Assembly: GCA_964234715.1 (NCBI GenBank)
Contig: OZ174277.1
Direction: 5' to 3' (one strand)
Source of the DNA: Podarcis melisellensis
Taxonomy: Eukaryota
DNA: 64,000 bases
A model generated the notes under the pieces. The model was given only the letters and a program-made list of their open reading frames with translations, ran no database searches and was not told where the DNA came from. Positions within the stretch are counted from its first letter, which is position 1. Each line of letters starts with the position of its first letter. Shown piece by piece: positions 39,631 to 52,351 of this stretch. The position numbers and the translations under genes are program-made.

Positions 39631-41196
39631 GTAATCTGTGCCCTCATCAGTAAAATTCTCTTGCAAAAAATATTATTAAAATGTTTGTGTCCTTTTGACT
39701 GCAGATCATGTTCCATTAAAATCCATGTAAAATCATTGGTTTAATAGGAAGAAATTGGCCCTTCCTGTCTTCTTAAAATATTATTGTTAGCAGTAGTACA
39801 GGTATTTTAAAAATTGAGCTATTAACAATGAACTCATTTACACAGGGGAAGGGGGCATATAGTGTTAAAACAATATTCTTGTAATGTGCAGTGACTGGCT
39901 AATAATAATAATAATAATAATAATTTTTATTTATTTATATGCCTCCCATCTGGCCGGGTTGCCTTTGTGGCTCCCAACAAAAAACAATAAAAGCACAATA
40001 CAACATCACACACTAAAAACTTCCCTGAACAGGGCTGTCTTCATATGCTGGCTTCACTCAACTTTGCAGTGGGAAAAGTGGGGTGTCCCCCCCCCATTTT
40101 CCTCAAAATCTAATAATCAAGTCAGATTGAGAACATCTAAGAGGACCATGCCAAGTGCAAAATAATTGAAAGGAGAAGAACCAAATGGGATTTTTCAGAT
40201 AGGGCTTACTGGGAAGGCTGCAAAAACAAAATGATTTTCTCAGCTAATGCTTTGCAGGGTATGTAAGACCTAGAAAAAGAAATCCCCACACTAAGTGTAG
40301 AAAGGTTGTAAATGATAGATTATGAAGAAAGTAGTGAGCCAAATGCAGGACCAAGTAAGGACACATGTATGCAAATATACACCATTTTCAGGTACTGTAT
40401 GTGTGAGATCTTAAAACATTTTCCTCAAATTTTCAAAAAAAAATACAACAAGAAAATATGGCCTTCTTATTCCCATTACTAATTTTAGTCAAAATAGCAC
40501 TGGAGGAAAACTGCTTCTATATGGAACAGAGGGGAGTTGATCCTTCACATTTGCTCAAATCCAGAACCAGTGTTACAAAAATAAAAGTAGTACTTGTCTG
40601 TATAACGTGTTTAACTACACGAGTTTTAAAATAAATGTTCATCTTTTCAGTTTTAATTCTCTAACTATGAACTCTTTGCCAGAAACTTGAAAAACTATTC
40701 TGATACTCTAATTCCTACTCATTTATTAAAAGTATTTTTATATCTCATGAAAATGTTTGAAATGTGCTTTGTTCATTGAAACTTGTGAATGGCATTTTAA
40801 ACCAATTATCCTGGATCGCTCAGAATAGCAAAAAGATAATTTCAGTCAAGTAAGTCTTGCCTAATTCAGACCTAGCACTTATTCCTGGAGTTATGTGAGT
40901 TTCTCAAGATATTTTGCACTACTTTTTGACAAAGAGGCGGTTTTTTTCTTGTGAGTAAGGGATGGTCATGACAGAGGTATATAAGATTGTGTATGTTGTG
41001 GGAGAAAGTGGATCCTGTCTCTTAATACTGGTGCACAGGGACATGCAGTGAAACTTAATGTTAGAAGATTCAGAACAGACAAGAAAGTTCTTCACAGCAC
41101 ATTCCATAGTATCTGCTATTACGAGATGCATTGATGGCCATTAAGCTGGCTTTAAAGGGTGCCTAGACACATTCATGTTTAATAGACTATTGTATT

Positions 41197-41230
41197 TTAA
41201 TATTTTGTTGGAAGCCGCCCAGAGTGGCTG

Positions 41231-41274
<44 letters not shown>
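41197..41274 (+). repeat. L2 3' terminus with (AAT)n microsatellite tail
   Basis: gttggaagccgcccagagtggctggg followed by (AAT)n is the reverse complement of the 17120 L2 end. Confidence 0.8.
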
Positions 41275-41275
<1 letters not shown>

Positions 41276-42409
41276 GCCTTGTCAATGAACACTAGCCAGG
41301 GCTTTTTTTCCAGCTGGAACTCCGTTCCGGCAGCTCTCCGGTGGGGGCACCATTGCCATTCTAAGTGAACAAGGGAGGCGTTCATGGTGAGTTCTGGCAC
41401 CTCTTTTCCTAGAAAAATAGCAGTTCTGCCGCCTCCACTGTTGGAGGCAGTGTGCCTCTGAATAGGTGCTTCTGGGAACTGCAGGTGAGGAAAGGAATCT
41501 TGCAATCGGAATATGTTTGCAGGCTTCCCATGAGTAACTGGTTGTCTGCTGAGTGAGTGAAATGCTGCACTTGATGGTCCTTTCACCTAACGTTCTTTGC
41601 TATGCCCAGGTGGACACTATCCCGAATTTCAACTTCCTACCTAGCAATCTAAACTTAGCTTCCTAGAGCTTATGACCACATACTAAACTTAGCTTCCTGG
41701 AGCATATGACCACAGCACATCATTGGTGCTGACATGCGCCATGGCAGCTGAGTCTTCCCAGGCACTGTCATCCACTCTATCTAGATGAGGCATGACCTCC
41801 ACAACTTTTATATCAAGTGGGCTAGTCACCATGAAGTGTACACTCCCATCACAAGCCCAACTCTTTGTTTTTCTAATGGTCAAATTTCCTATTGGCACCA
41901 GTCCTTGGATATATGTATCATGAAAGTCTATCAGTTTATCCCCTAAGGAATTGTTCTCTCCTCCTGTGGAATGCGCCCCACTGCTCCTATCTCCATTTTT
42001 ATTAGAGAGTGCATTCCCAGCTCTCTACCCATGAAGTCCTGTGTCAGTCCCAGCAAGGTCAAAAGAGATATTCCTCTTTTCACCTTGCCAGTACTTCCAT
42101 CCTCCAGTTTCCTAGAGTGCTGCAAGTACAGCCACTACGAAGTAGTTTGTTACAAAATATGGAAAACATTTGGAATGCTTAGATTTGTTTGTGTGCGTAC
42201 TCTGAAGAGAAAATGACAACTGGGTAAAAATTAATTGCTCCGTAATTTTGTCTCCCCTGCAAGTAAGAGCAAGAGCAATATAGGCTTGCCACAAGACTGT
42301 AAATGCCCATCTTATTTTGAGTTGCGTTCAATTAGAATTTTTAGGGCAGGTGGTGATTTTTTTTATAGCATAAGGCTTATAATCACTCTTCTGTGCTTTT
42401 TGGCTACAG

Positions 42410-42503
42410 AGTCTTGTTTAAGGACAAAGACCGGAATTGGGAAGACATTGAAAAGAAGCTACGAGCTGAAAGTGAAATCCCAATTGTGAAAACATCAAGC
42501 ATG
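42410..42503 (+). CDS. CEP170: CEP170 coding exon ([31 protein letters not shown]), 94 nt, phase 2/0
   Basis: Acceptor ggctacAG, donor ATG|GTAGGA. Confidence 0.95.
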
Positions 42504-42614
42504 GTAGGATGAAATAATAATTGTCATTCTCAAGTAAGAATGTTGAAAAGGGGAAGCAGTTCTCAGCTGCTAAAGGTTTAATGATGATCAATTTTGGATG
42601 CTTTTTCACTAAGA

Positions 42615-42798
42615 GTGGCTGTAGCTGAGTGGCAGAACATCTTCCTTGCATGCGGAAGATCCAAGGTTCAATCCCTTGCATTTCCAGGTAATGCTAGGAA
42701 AGACTCCTGCCTGAAACACTGCAAAGCCAATACCAGTTTGTTTAGACAAACCTGAATGAGGTAGACCAGTTCTTTATAAAACAGCTTCTAATGTACCT
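42615..42798 (+). mobile_element. tRNA-derived squamate SINE (old)
   Basis: A-box gtagctgagtggcaga and B-box ggttcaatccc, followed by a non-tRNA body. Confidence 0.7.
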
Positions 42799-43164
42799 GA
42801 GAATATAGCTGCTTTAAAAGTTCTTCACCTTGTTTTAAGTCTTTATTTAATTAATAAGTTGAATTTATATCCCACCCTTCCTCTCAAAGGAGCCCAGGGT
42901 GGCAAACAGCAAAACAATACAATATACAGACAGATATATAGATGCAGCCAAACCACACACATAGGGTGTGTGTGTGTGTGTAACAGGCTTTGTGTCTTCG
43001 CCATGAAGTCTGACGAAGGTGCACAATAGACAGCTGTTATGCACATAAACTACTCGACTTACATTCTCCATAACATATATACAATCATTAATGTAATGTA
43101 CATACTGTGAAAAAATGTGGCTTTTCCCTTAATGAAACCTAATGCTTTTTATGTGTTGATGCAG

Positions 43165-43216
43165 GAAATATCATCAATATTGCAAGAACTGAAGAGAGTT
43201 GAGAAGCAGCTACAAG
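43165..43216 (+). CDS. CEP170: CEP170 coding exon (EISSILQELKRVEKQLQ), 52 nt, phase 0/1, coiled-coil segment
   Basis: Acceptor gatgcAG, donor AAG|GTATTT. Confidence 0.95.
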
Positions 43217-44133
43217 GTATTTAATATTATATACTGTTGTTGCGAACATCAGGGTTTCCAGAATACAAATAATTTTGTTTTGTCAGGCTTTTGATTTGAT
43301 TTTTTTTTAAAGTTACAATCCTACAGAAGTTATAGAGGATATTGAAAGAGACAAGGGGATGAAAAGAATGATAGATGAAAAGAATAGATAACCCCACTTT
43401 TAAGGTTATCTATTCAGTTACTAGGCGAGAATCAATAGTGACTCAACCCTACTGCTCTCTGCAGGAGTCCCTTCTTTCTTTTCTCCAGACCTTAGTTTTT
43501 GCTATAGACATAGTAGTGGAAGGCCTGTCAGTGTGCTACTTGGCAAATAGTGGATCTCACAATAGATTGTTATATAGGTGGGAAAGGTCTTCTTGACTCC
43601 ACAGGTGACTGTTCAGTTTGCAGCTGCCCCCGCCCCCCCCCCCGGCAACTGACAGGAGTGCATTGCTATGACTACAGGGAGTACCACTACCCATCCTTGC
43701 TTCTTCAATGACCACAGACACAGGTCCTGTCCTGCCATCCAAAGCCCCTCCTTCCCCATGTTTCTGTCCCTAGAGAACTTTGCATAAAGCTGATTAGGTT
43801 TTATCCTTAAGAGAACTTGAAATATTGCCCTCCATCATCACTCTGGCACCAGGAGTGGCTTGCTCACCAGGGTACCACAGCCTCCCAGCAGCAGTATCTA
43901 TGCCACTTATCAGGAGGGGCAAGGTTAGGGCTGCAAGAACAAGAGCATCTGATTGGATACACCAGTGCATTCACAACCTCCCTGTCACCTTGCCCCTCCC
44001 TTCCTGGTACATGAAAGCAACACCCTGGGTGGCTATTGAAGTGGCTCCATCCCACGAGATGAGCTGTTCCTGAATGGAAAAGAATTGCTAATAGTGATTT
44101 TTCACCAACCTCTCCCCCTCTTTCTTTATTCAG

Positions 44134-44420
44134 TGATAAATTCAATGATTGATCCTGATGGGACATTGGAAGCAATGAGCAATTTGGGATTGGCGAGCGC
44201 TGTCCAAGCAGCTCAGCCTAAGCAGAAGTCCAGCTCTGTTTCTCAAGGTGCCCATCCTCAGATCCAGCCCAACTGCCAGCCGGAAGCAAGAGCTGTTCGC
44301 CCCACCATTGCCCCAGCCTCAACTGAACTTGGCAATGTTGAATCTGAGCATGATTTCAGCATACATTTCAATCGGTTCAATCCAGACGGAGAGGAGGAAG
44401 ATCCAACTTTGCGTGAATGA
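44134..44420 (+). CDS. CEP170: CEP170 terminal coding exon ([14 protein letters not shown]...[22 protein letters not shown])
   Basis: Acceptor tttctttattcAG, TGA stop at 44418-44420. The C-terminus matches recalled CEP170 ([17 protein letters not shown]). Confidence 0.96.
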
Positions 44421-46380
44421 CAACATGCTATCAGAACTTTTAGTACTGAATGTGCAGAATTCAATGAAAGAGTCCTAGCATCATCGTTCAAAAAGTAACA
44501 AAAAGTTTGGTAAAAGGGCCATTGCTTTGTTATACCAACTACTTAGCTGTGATGCTTTGGATGTCGCACACCTCCTGACTCATTAAGGTAAAATTGGTAT
44601 TGACATAGAACGCAGTTTGTGGTAATTGTATGGGCTTTGCAAGCACTTATTTTGAACCTTTCCCTCCATAGTTTACTTAGTTTCAGCAGACTGTTAAAAT
44701 GATATGCAAGCAGATGAAAGTCCAGCATTATTAAATTTCTGAGTCTCCTGTGCCAAGCTGATTTGTGATTAAACCTCTTCACTCAAATTTGTATGAAATT
44801 ATTGATCATTTAAACTTGATTCTGAGTAAGGGGATCTAAAGTAGGATATCCTGCATCTTAATACCATGACACGTTACAATATAAGGAGAGACCGGCTTGA
44901 CAATGCATTCATTGTTGCATACTGAAGATTTCAAACCATTGTGATTTATAGAACTTCATTGCTATGTAAATTGTCATGAGGTTTACATGAATATTATGTT
45001 TGCACTAAGAATTTGGTGGGAGTTGAAGGTGAACATATCAGTATCAATAGGGGCTAATAACTTGGATGTACATAGAAAAGTGAACATAACTGTCCTTATT
45101 TTTAAAAAGATGACACCACGACAATGGCGCAAATCCACCTCCCAAAAGTCTAGATTTGGCCCTTGCTGATCCTGTTCAATATGTCTTTTTGATGTTGATG
45201 AGAATGAAATGTCATCATTTTGGAACTATGAAACCAGTTTAAATGTATAGCTTTGTAAGTCTGTTCCTTTAAATCCTTTCTCATGCTGTGTCACCAAGGT
45301 CAAATAAAAATGCATTTATAAGTGCTCCTTGAGATGATCATGAGTTGTAAAATTTTCTTCAAAAGATTTGGAGATAGAATAGTGATAATCTGGTCAATAG
45401 ACTGACTCCAGACATCCAAATTGTTCATGTTTTTTCCTGTAGACTCTCTAGTAAGTCTCTGTCTTATATGTTATAAGAATTTCTGGAAGAAAACTGCTAA
45501 TGTAGCCCTTTTGCTTATAATGCTTAACAGCAAAGCTAACAAAATATCTCATATAAGCCTATTTATCTTTAAAGTTGTCCCTGTAACTTAACTTTCGGAA
45601 ATAATAACAAAAGTAAATAACCCTATATTTCCAGAACACTGTAATTTCAAGATCTTCTGTTAAATGCAACTAAGAACTGGAAGTTTCCTGTTTTTGCATC
45701 AGTCTATATATTAAGGTTACAAATACAATTTTGAAGCTTTTATGAAATAGTCTTTAATATTTCAGCAATAATCTTATGTGTCACTTGTTTAAAACTACTT
45801 TTTTCCTGTACAATTTTTAAACTGTACAGGATTTTGGAAGTCATTGCAAAGTTTGACCAACTAAATATACGAAAACATTTTTTGTAGAGATATAAAAATA
45901 AAAAACCCCAAAACCCTGTTGTATATTGGCTTTAGTTTTGGTTTTTTTTGCTTTAAAATTGGAAACTGCCTCTTGTCAAACTCTGTGTCCCACTCACTAT
46001 TGACAGAGATCAGGAAAACACTTGTTTACAGATGCTGTCAAAATTTAAACTGGTGTACAACAAAATACATTGAGAGCAGTTACAAGGTTTTGGCCATCAT
46101 CATTTCTCATTTCAGTGCTTGGGAGAAGAACCACAAACACACCTATGTGGGAAAATAGGAAACAGATATGGAAAAATTAAACATTTACACTCTTCACACA
46201 ATTGTTTTTATTTTTTCAGAGGTTTACGCCTTTTGTGTTCTGTAATAAATGTTTGCATTTATAATGTTCTTTGTATGAATGCATACTCCTTATTTATTTT
46301 TTTGTTACATTTATTATATATGTTACAAGCATTTACAGCTCCATTTTTAAATAAAGTGTTTCTGGAACTTTATACAATAA
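44421..46380 (+). other. CEP170: CEP170 3' UTR (about 1.95 kb, AU-rich, no recognisable TE)
   Basis: Follows the stop codon. AATAAA at 45303, 46244 and 46350, with a GT-rich tract after 46390. The end position is inferred. Confidence 0.7.
46350..46355 (+). terminator. Likely main polyadenylation signal AATAAA of CEP170
   Basis: Canonical hexamer preceded by U-rich sequence and followed by TGTGTG elements downstream. Confidence 0.6.
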
Positions 46381-48365
46381 CTTGATATACATGTGTGATT
46401 AACTGTGTGAACCAGTAAATGTTCATGATGTGCTTTGAATCAAGTTCAATAATTATGAAGGGATATTTTCCTAAATGTACTATGTGTTTTGTGTCTGAGA
46501 ATTAATTTTGCTGAATTTTGGACAATGTTTGTGCAAAGGACAATAAAACCACTTTAATTCTACAATAGGTGTTCATATAGAGATCTGTAGAAGTTAAAAA
46601 CAATGTACATGTAGCAATACAAGCTTGCATAGAGACAAATCCTTACTCCTTTTGCAGGGAAAATTTCATTACATAAACAATAGGTGCAGAGTAGGGGCAT
46701 CTGTACTTCTGTTTCTCTTTCCCCCTCCTGCAGACCCTGACAATTGTAGCTCCCTGTAGCATATCCTGCACTATTCAAGAATATGGGAACTCCCTTTCTG
46801 TGAACAGAGTTCTGCTCATAGTTTCCTGGGTACCCACTGTAGAGTTGGGGGTGCGAGTGAAATATGGCAGTATGGCTAATTAAAGCTTGGTAATCCCTCT
46901 GTGATTGTTTTTATTACATAAATCTAGATGAAAACATCTTAGGTTTCCTGTGCTAGTGGTGGGCAAAGGCTCCTGGCTCAGCTTGTAATTAGTATAGAGC
47001 ATTCTCAGAAGAAAAATTCCAGATTGTTTGCAGTTTTTAATAATGAGACAGGAACTCTCCATTGGTTGTCCTACTGTGCTGCCAAGAGGGATTTATAGAG
47101 GACTGTTGGAGACTGATTAAAGCACCAACCTCATTTTTAAGGTCTGGATGCTTCAAATGGCATTGATTCTCTGAAGCGAGTCTGAGAAATGGAGTTCTCA
47201 GTACCTCCTAACTAATTCCTTTGAGCCAGGCGCAACTGGGAATGTCATTGCCCAGACTTCTTGGAAATGATGGGCATTCTGTTTGAACATCCAGGCCATT
47301 CAAATGATGAGGCTGCTGCTTCCCTGCTTTTAGGACCTCCTTTTCACAAGAGTAAGTTTGGGGAAAGAAAATGGCTGCTGGTAGCACTCTGTTTATGAAA
47401 TGCCCCACCCCCCAAAAGGCTCACCATATTTCTATTTTCTTTTAGTTATTTAAAGTATTTGCATCTTACTCTGTAAAAAAAAAGGCTCCCACAGAAGCTT
47501 AAAGATCTCTTAAAAAATAATTCAGTCCCTGATTCCATGCTTACAATCCAAAAAGGGGCATTTTAGGCATCAGATGAAGACCTTTTTCTTCTCCCAGGTC
47601 TCTAAATTTGCAACAGACGGGCATTTTTGGTCTCTTAATTCCTTGCACCGGTGTCTTTTCGCCTTCTGATGTTATGATTGTTCTAGGCTGATTTTATGCT
47701 GCTGTGTTTGTGCTGACATTTGCATGTTTGTGTGCTGATTTGTATTGTTTAGAATTGGTTCTCATTTATATTATTTTGTACTTCTAATAACGCTGTAAAC
47801 CACCCAGAGGATTTAAGTAGTGGATGGTATACAAATATAACAGTAATAACAGCAACAATAATAAATAATGGCCAGCACTACAGACAAGCTCATTTTGAGC
47901 CCTGAACTTTGGAGTTTGCCATAACTGAGCCTACTTCCATTAGAGATGTTGGCATAAGCACCACTTCTTATTTTCAGTCCTAAAAGATGCAACACTGGCT
48001 TTAGGGTGCAACCTGCATATAGACTCTATATGCATAACACAGACTGCAAAAGGCATGGTTGAGATCATGTATCCATCTAAATATTATTTAAACAGCCTAT
48101 GATGGGGAAATATTAGTTACCTGCAAATGCCTTTCTTTTCATTTGTCCAGTTGGGGTGGGGATATCCTAACAGTAAATATAGCACACTTACTGTATTTAT
48201 TCCCCCCCCCCCCGATTTGAACTATAAAATGGTGATTGTCTTGGGTCAAAATGAGAGTATCCCCAAACATTTTTTAAGAAAAAAAGCACTAAGTAGAGCT
48301 AATGTCAATCAGTGGCTTTGAATATAGATTATGATTCTAGATAAAAGAGGGAGAAAAGGAGTGGC

Positions 48366-48369
<4 letters not shown>

Positions 48370-48414
<45 letters not shown>
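48370..48414. repeat. (AG)n microsatellite
   Basis: Seen directly in the sequence. Confidence 0.95.
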
Positions 48415-48417
<3 letters not shown>

Positions 48418-49065
48418 CAGGCAGCTCTGCCATCATTGCTTACTGTGTCAATACTGCATTAGAGGCCTCTGTAATTCATTCATTTGGCCTGCATCACTTC
48501 ACTGTCAAAGAGCTGGCATAAGCGCAATGTTACTCTAACATGTTCTCTTCAGGAGGGGAAAGCATTTGATCTGCAAAAAGTCCCCTCAGTTATAGTTTTT
48601 GAACCATTTTCAGAACTTGTGGATCATCTGCCAAAATTATCAACACACTATCACCACAAAAGTGCTTTGCCCAATTGCCTTGCCATGAGGTCATGCTGTT
48701 TAGAGAGGAAGAAGAAACCACAATGAGCACACACATCAAGTTACACATTTCCCTGAATGGTGGCTGTAGTTTTTCTCCACAAGGCCCTTCTTTTACTCAA
48801 GTGAATCAAGACTGGCTGATTTTCAACAAGCCCATCCTGTTGTGAAAAGAAACACCAGGATTGCATACTCTGTTCTTATCTTCTCAAGGTCTTAAATCCT
48901 ACCCAATGGCTCAGCTCTGGAATTTGTTTTCGGTGCCAGAGCTCGGTCCTGGAATGTCTCACGTTATAAGAATTATAGCTCAGTTTGTACAATGTGCCAG
49001 GGAGCATATTACAGTAATTTGCTTCTAGACATGCTTGAATCACCTCTTTTTCAAACTAACCACTG

Positions 49066-49692
49066 TGTCATGAACTGGCAGGATGATGGGAGGAGGAAGA
49101 GGAAGAAGAAGATCCTGGCAAGAGGTGTAGCCAGGACTAGGACAGACCGGGGAAAGCAGAGAATGAAGAAGGAAGTACTCACAGGTTGACAGAGGGTGGT
49201 GAGGAAATGGGGATCAATGCACAGGAGCCAGAACAACAGGACCCATCACCAAAGCCAGAGGGGGCCCTGTCTCCCCAAACACAGCAGGCTCTGAGGCGTA
49301 GCAAGCAGCGCGAGGGGTGCTCCAGGAAGCTGAGGTAGGCAAGGGCCCAGGGGTATGATTCCTCAGCTGGCTTAGGCTCAGGACACGTGAGGGTCACCTG
49401 CCTCATCAAGCCCAGATGCTGCAACCAAGTACAAAAGGGAAGCAGAGCTGAGGTGCTATGTCTGCTCAACTGCCCATGTTGGTGGATCTTGACCTGGTTG
49501 CCCTTGAACCTCTATGGGACTGTTTGACTCTGGGCTGTAACCTAACTGCTAGACTTCAGACTTGGCTACTTGGATTGACCCTGGGCTGTGTTTCCTGACC
49601 TTTGGACTTTGCTTGTGTGGATTGACCACTGGACTTTGACCTTTGGACTTCGCATACTGACTTTCTGCCAGGTAGGCCAGGGGTTCGGGACA
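49066..49692. mobile_element. Solo LTR (Gypsy-like), 627 bp
   Basis: TG...CA termini TGTCATGAAC / GTTCGGGACA (imperfect inverted repeat), 5-bp TSD CACTG (49061-49065, 49693-49697), and internal TTGAC/GGACT repeats. Confidence 0.85.
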
Positions 49693-50105
49693 CACTGCTT
49701 AGGCCCAGACCATGGTTAGTTTATAAAGAGAGGTGATTCAAGCATGAGCTTAAAACACAGGCTGAGTAGCTCTAGAATGGCACAGAAACTATCAGAGAAA
49801 AGTAGAAATTGCATGTTTACATAATGTTTTTTCCCTTTAAGAGATGTAAATATTTGGTCAGAGTCAGACCAATTAATGCTTGTCATGAAAGCAAGCTGAA
49901 ATCTAAGGGCTAGACTCTGTTCTGGTCTCATTATTTTCAGCTGAGGCATTCTATAAGATAAGATGTAGCAGCACTTAAATTTAACATGGGGTGATGAATT
50001 TATGAGGAACCTCTACTATAAAAGGTGTAGCAACGCAGATGTAAGGAACCTTATTCATTTGAGAAGCAGCATGTTATTTTATTAAAAACTCTTGGAGTCA
50101 AAGAC

Positions 50106-50138
50106 CTGCCGCTTCCACTGTTGCACTAGGGGGCAGGT
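50106..50138 (+). promoter_or_regulatory. Candidate CTCF site with upstream motif
   Basis: TTGCACTAGGGGGCAG resembles the core CCACYAGRKGGCR, preceded by CTGCCGCTTCC at upstream-motif spacing. Confidence 0.5.
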
Positions 50139-51647
50139 AGTCATATTGTCAGTTTTCTGTTTACCCAGAAGAGAAGCTAAATATAAATTAGCAGATTGTA
50201 GCTGTTCCTGCCCTGCCCCTCAGTGTTTTATCAGTGCACACAACAGGGCATGCAACCACTTTAAAACAACTTAATGCAATTAGAAGTATGATTGCATCAA
50301 GATTACTTTGGGTTAGTGCTGCTTTTGTCAGTGCATGTGTTTGTAATTGGGGTAGGGAACCATTGGGCTACCAGGTGTTGTTGGACTACAACTCCCATCA
50401 GCCTTGACTTTGTGCCATGCTTTCAGGGGCTGCTGGGAGATGTAGTTCAGCAACATCTGAAGAGCCAAAGGTTCCCCTGGCCTGATTAACTATGACACAA
50501 ATGAACTCATGGGAATGAAAGCTGCTGCAAAATCCACACACACTGCTCTGTACCATGGAGCATCCCTAATGCATCTGTTCCACTTTGCCAACTGCACAAG
50601 GCAATTTCCCGGCTTTGAGCCAGTCACCATGTCTCAGATTAACCTACAGGAGGATAAAATAGGATGATCACCTCCTTTTTGCCATCTAAGAACCCAGAGG
50701 TGGTAAATAAATAAGCAGAAGCACTTGGTTGGGGGAGTGAGTATATGTCCTTTTACAATGCACAGTTCTCCAATTGTGAGGTGGCTTCAGGCTTCTGTTA
50801 TCTGCAGTAAAAATTGCCTGATATCTTTGTTTCTAATGTGTTGGATAACATTTGCAGACACTAGGTGGCACATTGGCCTACCTTTTCAGAAATATGATCC
50901 AAATCAAGATGAATTTGTGCACAGTCATTTTCTAACGCATTTCCTGCTATGCTGTAAAACAATGGCAAATATTTGATAAGTATGAGATGTTAGGAATAAC
51001 TGTGTAATCTGACACTGTTCTGCTCAGAAATCCCACTGAGTCCCACTGGGCTTATTCCCAGGCAAGTGGGAATAAAGTGAGAAAGTTGTGCTATACTGGA
51101 TTTATTTACTTAACCCAGCATTGCCTACTCCAGCATTGAGTAGACTTCAGATTTTCAGATCTGCTGTGTTTTTTCTACTTACAACCCCAACCAGAGCCAG
51201 ATGTAAAAACCCCCCCCCACATATATTGGGGTGGGAATCCTGTGGCACTGCAGATGTTGGGATTAAAAAATCAAGCCCTGGTCAGCATAGTCGGGTGCGG
51301 GGACAATGGGAGTTGTAGTCCCACCACATCTGGGAGGCCACAGGTTTCCCATCCTTGCTACACAGTGAAAATTAAACATTTAGAACAGAATGCACAAAAC
51401 TCCACTCCTGGTTAGTCTCCTTCATTTCAGCAGCTTAATTTGGATGGGGGAGAAATGTTTTGTTGTTGCGCCTCTTACTAAGCAACAGGGAGCCAGAATC
51501 CTTTGCTAATCTACTGCAGATCATCCAGAGATCTAAGCTGGTTGCGATAGATGATAATGAGAGAGGACACTGATTATTTATTTAATTTGAATACTACACT
51601 GTACATGCAAGTCTCAAAACAGTTGAATCTTTTGAATTGGAGTACAG

Positions 51648-51999
51648 TAAAGGTAAAGGGACCCCTGACGATTAGGTCCAGTCGCGGACGACTCTGGGGT
51701 TGTGGCACTTATCTCACTTTATTGGCCGAGGGAGCTGGCATACAGCTTCCAGGTCATGTGGCCAGTATGACTAAGCCGCTTCTGATGAACCAGAGCAGCA
51801 CATGGAAACACCATTCACCTTCCCGCCGGAGCAGTACCTATTTATCTACTTGCATTTTGACATGCTTTTGAACTGCAAGGTTGGCAGGAGCAGGGACTGA
51901 GCAACAGGAGCTCAACCCGTTGCGGGGATTCGAACTGCCGACTTTCTGATCGGCAAGCCCTAGGCTCTGTGGTTTAACCCACATCGCCACCTGCATCCC
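51648..51999 (-). mobile_element. Sauria SINE, full length
   Basis: tRNA-derived head with B-box GGCAGTTCGAATCC on the minus strand, (ACCTTT)n tail, and near-perfect TSD TGGAGT(A/G)CAG (51638-51647, 52002-52011). Confidence 0.92.
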
Positions 52000-52026
52000 A
52001 GTGGAGTGCAGTAGTAGTTCCAAATC

Positions 52027-52351
52027 TCAATCAAAACCATTGAGCCTAGGGCTTGCCAATCAGAAAGTCAGAGGTTCAAGTCCCTGCGACCGTTGCTCGG
52101 TCCCAGCTCCTGCCAACCTAGCAGTTTGAAAGTACACCAAAGTGCAAGTAGATAAATAGGTACCGCTCTGGCAGGAAGGTAAAAGGCATTTCCGTGCGCT
52201 GCTCTGGTTTCGCCAGAAGCAGCTTAGTCATGCTGGCCACATGACCCAGATGAATGCCGGCTCCCTCGACCTGTAAAGCGAGATGAGCGCCGCAACCCCA
52301 GAGTCGTTCGCGACTGGACTTAGCTGTCAGGGGTCCTTTACCTTTACCTTT
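52027..52351 (+). mobile_element. Sauria SINE, slightly 5'-truncated
   Basis: Core and CCTTTACCTTTACCTT tail, with a 15-bp TSD TAGTAGTTCCAAATC (52012-52026, 52352-52366). Confidence 0.92.

Noticed and set aside
41650-41716. Short tandem duplications (34 bp here, 23 bp at about 2495-2545)
   Set aside because: These are two-copy slippage duplications without spacers. They are not CRISPR-like and show no sign of function.
44418-44430. Stop-codon readthrough at TGA-CAA
   Set aside because: It lacks the UGA-CUAG readthrough motif, and nothing else supports an extension.
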